Part shown: positions 20,855-31,337 of the stretch, piece by piece | How positions within the stretch are numbered: the first letter of the stretch is position 1 | Layout of the letters: each line of letters starts with the position of its first letter | Virus record (IMG/VR): IMGVR_UViG_3300020171_000027 | Span: 1-62,764 of that record | Direction: 5' to 3' (one strand) | From: a virus | Lineage: Duplodnaviria; Caudoviricetes | DNA length: 62,764 nt | Notes under the pieces: model-generated | What the model saw: the letters and a program-made list of their open reading frames with translations, nothing else | Databases searched by the model: none | What the model was told of the DNA's origin: nothing | Made by a program: the position numbers and the translations under genes

Positions 20855-21025
20855 TTAATACTCCAATACTCATGTAATTCATCAAGTGATGTATTATAAT
20901 CTTGTGGGTTTCCATAAAAAGATATCCATCAATCAACAAATTCTGTAGTTTCATCCTTTCGATGATACTTTTCATACCAAAAATCATTATATTGTTTCAA
21001 CCCGGTACCACCTTTTTTGTCTATA

Positions 21026-22315
21026 TTAATACCCAACTACTGGGTCAAGCGCAGAATAACCCACATGATATGGTCTATATCGAACATCTTCATTTTGCAT
21101 CTTTTCAGCATTGATACAAATATACCTGAAATTATCAGCCCCATGAGAAAACTCATCGTGAAATGGAGCACCCGCCTCCTGAGTTGCAATATTAATTCGT
21201 CTGCGATATCTTTTTAAACATTCAATTAATCTCTCGGTTTTGTTAATGTCAAAATATACTCTACCAAAGGCCATTCTGGTTGCTCTTATTCCATCTTCCA
21301 CATTCAGTTCTGTTATCTCATTCCGTTTTGCAACATCCCAACCTAACTTAGTCATTATCTCTGCGGTACTTTGTCCTGTCTTAATATCTCTTGAATATCC
21401 ATCATGGGGAGGCCAGGCCTTACCCCAATTCAATCTTTTTTCTTTGAGCATTGCAGAATAGTAATCCAAGGTTTTGTGAGAGTCTTCAATATATTCTATT
21501 ATTCTTAAAGCTGACGCCTGTCTTTGTACTAAAGATATTGCCATCGCATCATTCCAGCCAAGATCAAGTATAATATGTACCCTTAGCATTGGATCGTAAG
21601 GAACATTGCAAATACGCCCTTCGTTTATTGCTTTATGTATTTCATGATAATAAATAGCGCCTTCCGCTGCCGGCTTACATTCGCCTTCCCAAATGTTAGG
21701 ATAATTTTCAGGATCGTTTTCTTTACAGTATAATCGTTCTTTTTCGAGGACTTCCGGGAACCACGGGTTATCATGGTAATTAAGTTTGCATATTTGAGTG
21801 TCTGGTGGTGGATTAACTATAAATCTTTGAAATGTTTCGTCTGATTCTAAAGAAGGATTGAAGGTTATCCAGATTTCTGAGTCGTTTTTACGGATTGTTG
21901 GTATTAGAATATCCCATGACCGCTTAGTTATAATATGAGCTTCCTCTGCCCATACATAATCCACACCCTCCATAGACTTGATAGACTCAATTGTCTGTGT
22001 AGATAACCCCGCAAACGTAAACTCACTATCGTTTTTAACCTTAATTACAGCTTCTTGTATCTCAAACAACGGAGAAATACCTAAAACTTGTATCTGATCT
22101 GATAGAAGTTTATGAACTGAATCCCGGATTGATTTCTGAACCTCACGAGCACACAATACCCTGATTGGTTCAACAACAGATTTTAATAACAAAGCCCTGG
22201 CACAACCCCAGGATCTTCCTCCGCCCCTTCCACCATATATAACTTTGTATCGGGACGGCTGAAATAAAAACCCCAACTTGTCAGGGAACATTGCATCTAT
22301 ATTAAGATTTTTCAT
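21026..22315 (-). CDS. terL: Terminase large subunit, PBSX family
   Basis: Walker A variant YGGRGGGRS, CAREVQKSI, Walker B WAEEA, TFNP, nuclease DLGWND and HDEFSHGAD. Confidence 0.95.
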   Translation of the reverse strand: MKNLNIDAMFPDKLGFLFQPSRYKVIYGGRGGGRSWGCARALLLKSVVEPIRVLCAREVQKSIRDSVHKLLSDQIQVLGISPLFEIQEAVIKVKNDSEFTFAGLSTQTIESIKSMEGVDYVWAEEAHIITKRSWDILIPTIRKNDSEIWITFNPSLESDETFQRFIVNPPPDTQICKLNYHDNPWFPEVLEKERLYCKENDPENYPNIWEGECKPAAEGAIYYHEIHKAINEGRICNVPYDPMLRVHIILDLGWNDAMAISLVQRQASALRIIEYIEDSHKTLDYYSAMLKEKRLNWGKAWPPHDGYSRDIKTGQSTAEIMTKLGWDVAKRNEITELNVEDGIRATRMAFGRVYFDINKTERLIECLKRYRRRINIATQEAGAPFHDEFSHGADNFRYICINAEKMQNEDVRYRPYHVGYSALDPVVGY

Positions 22316-22345
22316 TTACCCATTTCTTCGATTGAGGACTCATAT

Positions 22346-22642
22346 TTATTTACCCTTCCTTCTCGCTTGATATGATTTAGGATATCCAAGCACTGGCATC
22401 CCACCTACATGCAAAGGAGACTCTTCTTTGTTAGTATATTTCTTTTTCTTAATAATCTCAGATAGTTTCTCTTCTACCTCTTTTGAGTTGCGTACACCTT
22501 TTTTAGGCTTTTTTATTGATAGGTGTACACTTTTTGTGCTAACAACTCCTAAAACATGCCCAAATTTTGTAATCTCAAACGGCAGGTCTTTTAATTCTTC
22601 TGCTAATCTACCTCTTAATGCTTTTATATTTACCTGTCTCAT
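22346..22642 (-). CDS. Phd/YefM-like DNA-binding domain protein
   Basis: N-terminus MRQVNIKALRGRLAEEL...PFEITKFGHVLGVV follows the Phd/YefM pattern. Confidence 0.5.
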   Translation of the reverse strand: MRQVNIKALRGRLAEELKDLPFEITKFGHVLGVVSTKSVHLSIKKPKKGVRNSKEVEEKLSEIIKKKKYTNKEESPLHVGGMPVLGYPKSYQARRKGK

Positions 22643-22920
22643 TCGTCCTTAATATCTCCATCCACAGGATAATGGTTCTCATATCGCTGCCCATCTTTAT
22701 AATAACTTCCGTCTTTTGGATAGTGATTTTCGTAAACCTGTTGCTTATCGTATTCTTGTTTTAAATAGCTTCCGTCAACAGGATCGTGCTTTTCATACCG
22801 TTCACTATTTTTATAGTAACTACCATCAACCGGGTAATTATCTTTCCAAACCTGCTGTTTATCATCTGCATAACACAGAGTTGAAAATAACATAGCTAAT
22901 ATAACTAATAATGTTTTCAT
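22639..22920 (-). CDS. Small secreted protein with four YPxDGSY-type repeats
   Basis: Signal peptide MKTLLVILAMLFSTLCYA followed by roughly 13-aa tandem repeats. Confidence 0.65.
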   Translation of the reverse strand: MKTLLVILAMLFSTLCYADDKQQVWKDNYPVDGSYYKNSERYEKHDPVDGSYLKQEYDKQQVYENHYPKDGSYYKDGQRYENHYPVDGDIKDE

Positions 22921-22923
22921 TTC

Positions 22924-23328
22924 TCACCCTCCTGGTTTGATGAGAGTTATTGTTATTCCTGAGATTACTTCAAGTCCTCCGGAAACATCTAAACCGCTTT
23001 GGTCTTTCCATTTATGTTTATTCTTTAATGTCATTGCAGCTATTCCGGCAGCCATAATATCTTTTGATTTCATAACTCTATCTTCAAGTATCGCATCAAT
23101 TTCTCGCTTTATGTCTTCTAAATCCAGCGGAAATTTTTCGTCTCTTAAATAAAAATAAGATGAAATAGGTAATAATAAAGCGTATTTACATTTTACTGTT
23201 AATAATGTTTCTGTAATTATACTTGTATCGGCAACTAATATATCTTTAGCCTTCTCGAACAAATCAAGAGCTACCTCAAGTGTGTATATTTCTCTGTTAT
23301 TATTGCCTGGTTGGCCTCCGCTTTTCAT
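22924..23328 (-). CDS. terS: Terminase small subunit
   Basis: GGQPGNNN N-terminus and AAMTLKNKHKWKD motif, upstream of terL. Confidence 0.75.
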   Translation of the reverse strand: MKSGGQPGNNNREIYTLEVALDLFEKAKDILVADTSIITETLLTVKCKYALLLPISSYFYLRDEKFPLDLEDIKREIDAILEDRVMKSKDIMAAGIAAMTLKNKHKWKDQSGLDVSGGLEVISGITITLIKPGG

Positions 23329-24123
23329 TACTTAAACTTCCTGAATAATATTGAGCCGTTAGCTCGTTCACATTTTAATAATTGCTTATGGAACTGAGTG
23401 CCTGGTTCGATCATGCCAAGATTGAATTTGGCTATTTTCCATTTATTTTTATTTAACCAGCGTCTTGCAAGTTTAGGCATCATGTCATCCATCCTATTTT
23501 TTCGTTTATCGTGTGTATGCCAGCCTCAATAACTGGTTCAATTTCGATATATTCGACTGAGCTCATAAAATCCTCAATTGCTATTGCAAGTGCTTGAAAT
23601 GTATTCCTGTTAGCTATTCTGATCAGCTTTTCACGATTTAGTTTCCACGCCATTTCACAAGTTAATTTTTCCACATTTTTTCCTCGTATCGCCTCATTAT
23701 ATCATGCCATGTATTGCGTATTGCTATACCACCAAGTATCATCAACATAATAGCTGTAAAGCCGATCACGCCACGAGCTACAATCCAAATGCAATCAAGT
23801 ATAAAGGTTTGACATGCGCCCAACATAATGATCTATTGCCTCCTCTGCTCTGTGTAATTGCCATAAACATTCCTTTTCGCAGACCGGCTGCATGTCGTCT
23901 GAGTCTCGCCAGTGTGTTTCCGTGCCGCAAATTATGCATTTTGATTTAGTCGATGAACGTACTATGAGATATTGGCATACTTGAATACGATTGAGCGGTT
24001 GAGCGTGTTTATAACACATATCAAAAATCATAAAAGCTCCTTTGAAGGTGTGCCCCGCCTCCCCTACGGAAACGGGGCTGGAGGTAAAAGATGAAGAAAG
24101 ATGGCATTACCACCTTGGTATAA

Positions 24124-24152
24124 TCTGTATCAAAATAAAAAGTGTTTGTCAA
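24124..24152 (-). promoter_or_regulatory. Sigma70-type leftward promoter
   Basis: TTGACA-17 bp-TACAGA with TG extension. Shares TTTTATTTTGATA with the promoter at 26303-26331. Confidence 0.55.
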
Positions 24153-24350
24153 TATTTATTTTCAATAAAAAAACACGTCATAAGTTTTTTAGTGTTTATT
24201 GAATAATAACATATAGTTAGCTTGATTTTCGTTCGTTTTTGCTGTTTTTGCCTAAAAATAATCAATATTTGATTAAAAATAATTTAAAATATTATATTTT
24301 ATAATATCAACAAGTTATAGGCTATTTAGCAAATATGTATAATATTTAGC

Positions 24351-24379
24351 TTGACATTGTGTTATACGTGTTATATGTT
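24351..24379 (+). promoter_or_regulatory. Sigma70-type early rightward promoter
   Basis: TTGACA-17 bp-TATGTT in an AT-rich divergent intergenic region, upstream of a GGAGGT RBS. Confidence 0.7.
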
Positions 24380-24423
24380 TTAGATAACAAAAATAATTAA
24401 CCTTAAACAATGGAGGTAACATC

Positions 24424-24831
24424 ATGGAAATCAAAATAAAAAAACTCGGAGTTGCTCAAGGTACTGTTGGATGGTTGGCGACTGGGCTCGCAAATGGCAC
24501 AATAAAAATCATGGAGTCCACCATCAAGGGTAACGGTAATCATGGTCTGTGGGCAAAAGTCTATACTGAGGGCATTGATGGCAAATTACACGAGTCAATG
24601 TCTCAGTTTTTGGCCGCATACAATCAGTATGGTCTCAGACCCGGTGAATACGATAAAGCATGTACGTATCAGACCTGCGCAGAGTATGAGGATAGGGATT
24701 ATTTGTGGACAGATGCAGCGTGGCAAACACTAATGTCGCTTGCAACCAATTGGTGCGAAATGTGTAACGAAGCAATTAGCACTGAATCCCCAAAAGAGTA
24801 CAACATCAAACGAGTGGAGGTAACACAATGA
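24424..24831 (+). CDS. Early hypothetical protein
   Basis: GGAGGT RBS, first gene after the promoter. Confidence 0.7.
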   Translation: MEIKIKKLGVAQGTVGWLATGLANGTIKIMESTIKGNGNHGLWAKVYTEGIDGKLHESMSQFLAAYNQYGLRPGEYDKACTYQTCAEYEDRDYLWTDAAWQTLMSLATNWCEMCNEAISTESPKEYNIKRVEVTQ

Positions 24832-25242
24832 AAATTAAACTCGGAAAATACGAATTAGAAAATGATTATGAATGTAAATGTACCCTGGATGGATGGGAAA
24901 TTTTTGCAGACACGGTAAACAAAATGAATATTTTACCATCCGATTTTACTGTTGCGGACTGGGGTATGTTTGGTAGTATTATTATCGAACAAAAATAATT
25001 AACCTTATGCGGAGTTTAAGGCTGTTTAATCGAGGAAATAACCATGAAAAAGGAATATTGGTTGCAGGATTTTCAACAATCTTCCGTAAGCGCATTTATT
25101 GACAAATTTGGTCTTGATGCTGGAGCTGAAATGTTAGTTGAATTTGAAAAACATGGCTCACTCGGAAAAGCAATGATAACAATAGCTCATAAAATTAAGT
25201 CACAACATGAAGTGTTAAAATAATAACTAATGGAGGTAAAAC

Positions 25243-25530
25243 ATGAAACATACATCAGGACCATGGAAGATTATCGGAGAAAAAAGCAACATAATTATAA
25301 CAGCAACTTTTTTAAATGGCTCAGACAATTACGGTATGCCGATTGCATATATGCAAACAGAGGCAAACTGCGAAGATTCAATGGCAAACGCCAAACTTAT
25401 GACTGCTGCGCCTGAACTATTGCAGGCCTGCAAAGAGGTTTTAGATATTGTTATTGCCTATCAACACATACCGGCACAATTTCAGGCTTGTCAAATATTA
25501 CAAGATGTTATCAAAAAAGCGGAGGGTTAA
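25243..25530 (+). CDS. Conserved small phage early protein (HTPGPW...ANARLIAAAPELL-type)
   Basis: MKHTSGPWK...ANAKLMTAAPELLQAC, with a GGAGGT RBS. Confidence 0.75.
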   Translation: MKHTSGPWKIIGEKSNIIITATFLNGSDNYGMPIAYMQTEANCEDSMANAKLMTAAPELLQACKEVLDIVIAYQHIPAQFQACQILQDVIKKAEG

Positions 25531-25531
25531 C

Positions 25532-25718
25532 GATGGATAAAATTAAAAAAGACATTATGATTCGTGGCTTATGGAATTCAGTGTGGCAAAAATTCAAGGT
25601 CATCTGTAAAGAGAACGATCCGCCAACAGCAAACTATGGCGTCAAACGCTTAATCCGTAACGCTGTTTTACAGTATGAGGCAGAGCATGGGGAGGTAATA
25701 TGGAACTCAAAAAAATAA
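25532..25718 (+). CDS. Putative ribbon-helix-helix regulator
   Basis: DIMIRGLWNSVWQKFKVIC...GVKRLIRNAV pattern. Start MDKIKK is approximate. Confidence 0.5.
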
Positions 25719-25891
25719 CCGGGGAAGTTTTACCGGATGTTGGTAATCCCTGTAAACTATGTGGCAAAAACGAGGCCGCATGGTTTGCTACAATCAAGAT
25801 TAACTCCTCCGGCACTATCACGTTGCCGCTATGTGTTTTCTGCGTGGACGTGCCGGAAGCTGAAATCATTGAAAGGATATTATCATGCTAA
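25700..25891 (+). CDS. Small Zn-finger-like protein
   Basis: CKLC...CVFC, with a GGAGG RBS. Confidence 0.5.
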   Translation: MELKKITGEVLPDVGNPCKLCGKNEAAWFATIKINSSGTITLPLCVFCVDVPEAEIIERILSC

Positions 25892-26114
25892 ATGAAATAT
25901 ATAAGGAAATCTCTGAGTCGCTTATATTTTTCTTCATTGTGTTCTGTCTGCTCTGTTTATGCCATGTTGCTAATAAGCAAGCTATCCACGATCAAGCAGT
26001 TTATGACGCAATGTTTATTTGCTATGATGTGCCTGTACCGGATGGATTTTCAAAAGCCATGATAAAAACCCCTTGACATTGAGTCTCAGTTCAGCATGAA
26101 TAAAGAATAATAAA

Positions 26115-26157
26115 AATGCCCCTGCTTCATTGGATTATTATCCTCCACAGGGGCATT
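26115..26157. terminator. Hairpin between convergent transcription units
   Basis: 10-bp perfect inverted repeat AATGCCCCTG/CAGGGGCATT with an A-tract on the left. Confidence 0.55.
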
Positions 26158-26398
26158 ATCTTTGCTTCTCGGCATCAAAAATGCATTAATTGATTCTATT
26201 ACAAACTTGTTTTTCTGTAATCACCGCCCTGATATACCTCATAATTTTCTCCTCTTCCGTTGAGTTAATAATATTAATAAAATATCAACCAAAATTAAAT
26301 AACCAATATCAAAATAAAATTACGTTGTCAAGTCTTTTTTTCTTAATTAGATTTCAGTGCTAATCAGAAGGCTGTTTTAGTACCATTATCGGTATTAT

Positions 26399-26677
26399 TC
26401 AGCTCTTTGATACGATTTCCTGCCCCTTCACTCTGTAAAATCCCCTTATTAAATCCATAAGACACTGCTGACATAAATCACATTCAATTTCGTCACTATC
26501 TCCAAAGACAGAAGTATATCCACCCCAGAAACCAATACTGTATGTTTCCTGAAGCTCGAAATCATCAGTGATTTCTTTTTTGCATCTATCACATACAAAC
26601 TTATCAAACACTTCCTGCTCAACTATTTCTTTTTTGTAAATTATCATGTATATATTCCTCCAATGTTCTCGGCTCAA
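26399..26677 (-). CDS. Small Zn-binding phage protein
   Basis: CDRC...GGYTSVFGD...DLCQQC. Confidence 0.65.
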   Translation of the reverse strand: MSREHWRNIYMIIYKKEIVEQEVFDKFVCDRCKKEITDDFELQETYSIGFWGGYTSVFGDSDEIECDLCQQCLMDLIRGFYRVKGQEIVSKS

Positions 26678-27209
26678 AATGTAATGTTCGGTTTTTCTTG
26701 GCTTTGTCGGTCAGTAAGAATTTCCCTGGAGTAAACGTATCTTTAAACAGCCCTGTTTTATTCGATATTATTATTTTGTTAACGTAAACTCCGAACCTCT
26801 GCATCATCCACTTTTGGTTAATGCTAAACTCCCTACCCATATTATACATCGAAAATCCGGCTTTGATTTCGATTATGCTGTAATAATTATTGTTCCCATC
26901 TTCTGTTTCCTGAGCCACAAATGGCACGTTTTTTAGCTGAACCCTATCCGATATTGAATTCCAGAATATACCCCTTGCATTTTTATTCCATATTACTTTA
27001 TAGTCTGGACTATAGATGTGCGGCGATAACAGATTGCTTTCCAGCTCTTTCGTGCGTGTTTTCAGGTGTTTATCATATTTATAAGAAAATGCCGGTGCTA
27101 ACAGATAGGCTTCTGGGTGGTGTTGGAATGAAGCTATATAACCTGCCTTAAATACCTCATCCAGCCAAAAATTCATCCACAATTCTTCAGGGGAATCCAT
27201 TGCGCTCAT
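26619..27209 (-). CDS. PD-(D/E)XK endonuclease (Holliday resolvase-like)
   Basis: DSPEE...YSPDY...IIEIKAG catalytic pattern. Confidence 0.65.
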   Translation of the reverse strand: MSAMDSPEELWMNFWLDEVFKAGYIASFQHHPEAYLLAPAFSYKYDKHLKTRTKELESNLLSPHIYSPDYKVIWNKNARGIFWNSISDRVQLKNVPFVAQETEDGNNNYYSIIEIKAGFSMYNMGREFSINQKWMMQRFGVYVNKIIISNKTGLFKDTFTPGKFLLTDKAKKNRTLHFEPRTLEEYIHDNLQKRNS

Positions 27210-27357
27210 TTCACACCTCCCAATATATTCCCGAGTCTGTTTTTAAGAGCTTCCTCACTAATCATACATAACCGAAACATCTCAATAGCGCTTGACAATT
27301 CCTTGCCTGTTTCGATTATTTGCTGTGCTATTCTGATTAAGTCCATACAGTCTTCAT

Positions 27358-27639
27358 TCATATAGTCCCCCTATTTTCACCTTCATCAGAATTGCCAGTG
27401 AAACATTTATATCCTAAATATGTATGACCGTGCATACGTGGCTCAAGTCCGCATCCGGTACACCAGTCGCTCTTATCCCTTATCGGTTTTTTATAATAAT
27501 ACGGCACGTCCTTTTTCGCCAGTATTCTATCCGGTACTGAACGGGGAATCTTTAACTTGATACCGATAGAGTATGGCTTCATTCCAGAAGCCAACATTTC
27601 TTTGATTTTCTCTTGATTCACTGGTATTTTTTCTCTCAT
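27358..27639 (-). CDS. HTH plus Cys-motif hypothetical protein
   Basis: IKEMLASGMKPYSIGIKLKIPRSV is HTH-like, followed by CTGC. Confidence 0.5.
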   Translation of the reverse strand: MREKIPVNQEKIKEMLASGMKPYSIGIKLKIPRSVPDRILAKKDVPYYYKKPIRDKSDWCTGCGLEPRMHGHTYLGYKCFTGNSDEGENRGTI

Positions 27640-27981
27640 AATAACCTCATATTAGCAAGCTCATCATAAAATACAACATCTTCTTCGGGTATTATTATAC
27701 CAAAACACCCAAGCCCTGTGTGCTTCATATATGACGTTCCGTCTGAGCTTGTTAAAATATCATCATCAAAAATTGTAATCATACGATTTGGCTCTGAATC
27801 GCATGGCCAAGGATATTCTTTTTCTTTATGTTTTATTTTGTAGTATCCAGCTATTTTAAAATCATACCCCATTTTATATCTCCTACATGCTGTTTAAACA
27901 ATCTTGACTTTTAACCCTACCTTACCCATTCACAAACTTTTATTGTGCAACCTACGCTCTCCCAGGCCACTTCTGTGTAGT

Positions 27982-28623
27982 TTAAGAGGCATCCCTTTCA
28001 ACCACTTGCATTCCGATTGACAGAAGATTTATAATTGTGTGGGAAATAGGTACGTAGTCCCGCTCAGACTCTTGCATGATTTTGTTGTAGAGCTTGTCGT
28101 ATTTGCAAAGGTCGATTGTGATTATTCTGGATTCTTTCTGTTGGCCTTCAATTCGTTTGACCGCTGCATCCAGGCTCGGCTCGACATTTCTCAGTGCCTC
28201 ATCTGATATTCCGTGGTTGCGTGTTTTTTTGGCTACAATCTTTTTGGGTCTTGTCTTCCGATTCGGCTTCCATAAACCCTCTACGGGGTGGAACAGATAC
28301 CCTTTTCGCCAGCGATCATAGCATTTTTCGCAGAGACCTCGTCTATTACCCTTGCTTTCGCAGAGAAAACATTCACCAGCCTCTATTTTTAGCCTTATGC
28401 CAAATGGCGTCAATGGACTCTCATCTCTCTTTATTGGCGCATGAAAAATATTGTTTTGTAGATGATCCAATACCTGCGTCACTCTGTATGGCGGTATATG
28501 ATACCATGGCTGATTGCGTTGGTAGGCATGCAGTCTTGGACATAAATCCACACATTCTGCCTTGTCGCCTTTTTCATTCCAGCACCGATGACAAACTGAT
28601 CCTTCGTTAAACATGTCGTTCAT
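27982..28623 (-). CDS. Cys-rich Zn-finger protein
   Basis: CHRC...CVDLC and CFLC...RGLCEKCY, with RBS AAGGAGG. Confidence 0.6.
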   Translation of the reverse strand: MNDMFNEGSVCHRCWNEKGDKAECVDLCPRLHAYQRNQPWYHIPPYRVTQVLDHLQNNIFHAPIKRDESPLTPFGIRLKIEAGECFLCESKGNRRGLCEKCYDRWRKGYLFHPVEGLWKPNRKTRPKKIVAKKTRNHGISDEALRNVEPSLDAAVKRIEGQQKESRIITIDLCKYDKLYNKIMQESERDYVPISHTIINLLSIGMQVVERDAS

Positions 28624-28901
28624 AATTCCTCCTTCATGCCATTAATATCCCCCAGCAAGACCCCTACTCTGTCTAATTGTAATTTTACTCTTGCAACCTT
28701 TTTGACGGCTAAATCTAAAATATATTCATGTGCTTCTTCCCAAGTATCAAAATATCGCTCGTTTTCTGTTGTTTTTAAATGCCGGTTTTTACCTATCCAG
28801 ATACACCTGTCTGTTTCTCTTTCACATTCAATTTTTAATATTTTCGCACATGGTTCTCCTCGCCATTCTTGTGTTTGATATTTTTTCATCTTAACCTCCA
28901 T
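28620..28901 (-). CDS. Hypothetical protein
   Basis: GGAGG RBS before MKKYQ, in an overlapping gene chain. Confidence 0.55.
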   Translation of the reverse strand: MEVKMKKYQTQEWRGEPCAKILKIECERETDRCIWIGKNRHLKTTENERYFDTWEEAHEYILDLAVKKVARVKLQLDRVGVLLGDINGMKEEL

Positions 28902-29121
28902 TTATACGATAACATGAGCCAGGTCTTCTATCTCATCAGCCTCTACATCTCGCACATCAAATAACTCAAAGTTTACTACTTCACCAAAATCCCCTGTCTC
29001 GAACCAAGCTCTTTCATAACTTTCAACCTCGGTTCGTGCTTCTTTCTCGCTGTCTGCTGCTACAACAACTCCGCATTCTATCAGCGCAGTAAATTCGTAT
29101 AGTTTTTTCATCACTCACCTC

Positions 29122-29466
29122 TTATAAAACATACAAATAAATCACATATCCGATACGACAAATTATGTGTAATGCTTGGTCTTGATCTGGATTTGTCCAG
29201 TTTTCACACTTTGCAAAATCAATAATCCAATGTGCAATAGTTTCAAATATACCCAACAATAAATTATTAGTAACTAAATAAACCGCTCCACCAGAAATAA
29301 GAGCATGGGCAGATAACCAATATGGCCAACAAGAAACAAACTTTTGCCCTACTGGTACATAGTCTGGTTTCTTATTCCGATTTTTACCTTTAGCCATTGC
29401 GTCGGTTTGCAACGAAAAATCTGCCAAGGCATGAGCAACAAGTAATTTAAAAAATAATTCTATCAT
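29122..29466 (-). CDS. DUF3307 family membrane protein
   Basis: AHALADFSLQT...HALI...HWIIDFAK...DQALH. Confidence 0.85.
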   Translation of the reverse strand: MIELFFKLLVAHALADFSLQTDAMAKGKNRNKKPDYVPVGQKFVSCWPYWLSAHALISGGAVYLVTNNLLLGIFETIAHWIIDFAKCENWTNPDQDQALHIICRIGYVIYLYVL

Positions 29467-29685
29467 TGTTCACCTCCTATTTAACTTTTTCAACTTTAAA
29501 AGCAATCAAAACCAAGATCCCTTATTCCAGTAGCCATGTGCATGCCGGATGTGTAAAATGTTAGGTCGTATTTCTCCGCCACGTCTCGTATGTCTTGCTC
29601 GAAATCTTTGTTTATTTTTCCACTGTCCTTACATTCATAATACACTTTTAACGTTTTTAATGATAAATCGTCCATCATTCACCTC

Positions 29686-30135
29686 CTATATCTTTAACTT
29701 TTTAGCTATTGCCGATAATAACATCGCCACCTCACTCTCTCTACAACTTTCAAATGGATGAGAAGTATTATTGTATTCATTTCCACCCATAAAAACAATT
29801 CTCTTGCCATGCGCTTCATAAAGTCCCCATCCATCCAAAATTTCTTCTGGCTTTAATAATCCAGGCGGTGTCAAATAAAACCTCCAAGCTCCCAATGCCG
29901 GATAGCCATTATAGCGTGAGCGTTTTTTTCTGTCAGCATAATAGTCTGATCTGTTTGCCTTACACTCTATAAGTATTGATTGGTTAAAAACCCACCCTAT
30001 AGCGTCTGGCCTTTCGCCAGAAGATGTAAGGGCATCCATTTCAACTAATACCACTCTACAATGTATAAAGTTTTTTAACCATTTGGCGGCCCGGCCTACA
30101 AGTTCTGTATGGGTCATATCTTTAACCGTTTTCAA
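29686..30135 (-). CDS. MmcB-like PD-(D/E)XK nuclease-fold protein
   Basis: ERPDAIGW...LIECKANRSDYYAD...RFYLTPPGL. Confidence 0.7.
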   Translation of the reverse strand: MKTVKDMTHTELVGRAAKWLKNFIHCRVVLVEMDALTSSGERPDAIGWVFNQSILIECKANRSDYYADRKKRSRYNGYPALGAWRFYLTPPGLLKPEEILDGWGLYEAHGKRIVFMGGNEYNNTSHPFESCRESEVAMLLSAIAKKLKI

Positions 30136-30434
30136 TCAAATAGCTATAATCATGAGAAGAATCACCGAGACAAGTTGTCTCTTCTGGTTGATGAAATCTT
30201 GTCATTTTTATCCACTCTTTATCAGATATGCCTAATCTATTTGCGATTAATCCTGTTGCTCCATGCCACCAGCCACGACAATCATTACGTGTTACAGTCC
30301 AATATTCTTCCCAATCGGCTGGTGATACCAAATCAATTGGTTTGAAATATTTTTTAAAATGAGCATTCCATACAATTCGATCTATTGTTTTACGTATTTT
30401 ATCTGTCATAATTGCCTCTGTGGTTAGTGGTTAT

Positions 30435-31337
30435 TCATATTGTGTCCGCCCAATCCGAATTAGCTACTTCCGGGACTCTAACATCGACAAGAAAATCTGC
30501 TTTGTATAATCTATTCGCTAACTTATAAGCACTTAGTTGTCCAACCATGTTTGCGTCATTATCGGAGCAGATTATTATCTTTCGGATTCCCTCTGGCGGA
30601 ATAAATCCCTCAAGTATAGTATTTGATATGCAAGCCCAAGTTGGAATATCGAATATCTGCATACATGCAATGGATGTTTCGATACCCTCAGCAACAGCAA
30701 TCGTATCACCCTTGGCAGAAAATAATCGAATAGCACAACCCGACAAAGGCTCAGTGCCGGGTGTAAGTTTCTTTGGACTTTCAATTTCAGCTTTTTGCGG
30801 CTTATCTCTATCTAAATAACAGCGATGCAGGGCAACTGGAATCCCCTTTGAGTTCATAACCATAGCTATCATGCCAGGGTAATGCGTTTTGGTATCGCTA
30901 TGGTATAGCTCGGGACAATATCGGACATTCTCAGGACTCAATACCAGTTTCCTCGAATGTAAATATTTACTTACCGGATCCGAGCCTGTCAATGGCACAC
31001 TATCTTTAAAAATTTTATTGAGTATCTCTTTAACCTTCGCTATGTCTATCTTTTTTTCTGTTTCCATTTTACTGCAACTCCCTACTATTTCTTTGATACG
31101 TTCTATTGTTTCTGGGAATGACCAACCAAGTGTCCGTTGAATAAGTGCTATTGTATCCCCTGGTTGGCATTGATTACAATAAAAACCATTTCCATCTTTT
31201 TCCATTCTGAACCTGTCACGACCGCCACAATAAGGACATGGTTCATGGCGTCCATCTGTTCTGACCTCAATACCAAATGATGATAAAATCCCGAACCACC
31301 GCCCTGAACAGATTGCTTTTAGTTCAGATACTTCCAT
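30435..31337 (-). CDS. DNA primase (P4-alpha-type Zn-binding plus Toprim)
   Basis: HEPCPYCGGRDRFR...CNQC, AEGIETS and SDND. Confidence 0.9.
   Translation of the reverse strand: MEVSELKAICSGRWFGILSSFGIEVRTDGRHEPCPYCGGRDRFRMEKDGNGFYCNQCQPGDTIALIQRTLGWSFPETIERIKEIVGSCSKMETEKKIDIAKVKEILNKIFKDSVPLTGSDPVSKYLHSRKLVLSPENVRYCPELYHSDTKTHYPGMIAMVMNSKGIPVALHRCYLDRDKPQKAEIESPKKLTPGTEPLSGCAIRLFSAKGDTIAVAEGIETSIACMQIFDIPTWACISNTILEGFIPPEGIRKIIICSDNDANMVGQLSAYKLANRLYKADFLVDVRVPEVANSDWADTI

Noticed and set aside
23380-23425. tRNA suggested by GGTTCGA
   Set aside because: No acceptor, D or anticodon stems can be built around it.
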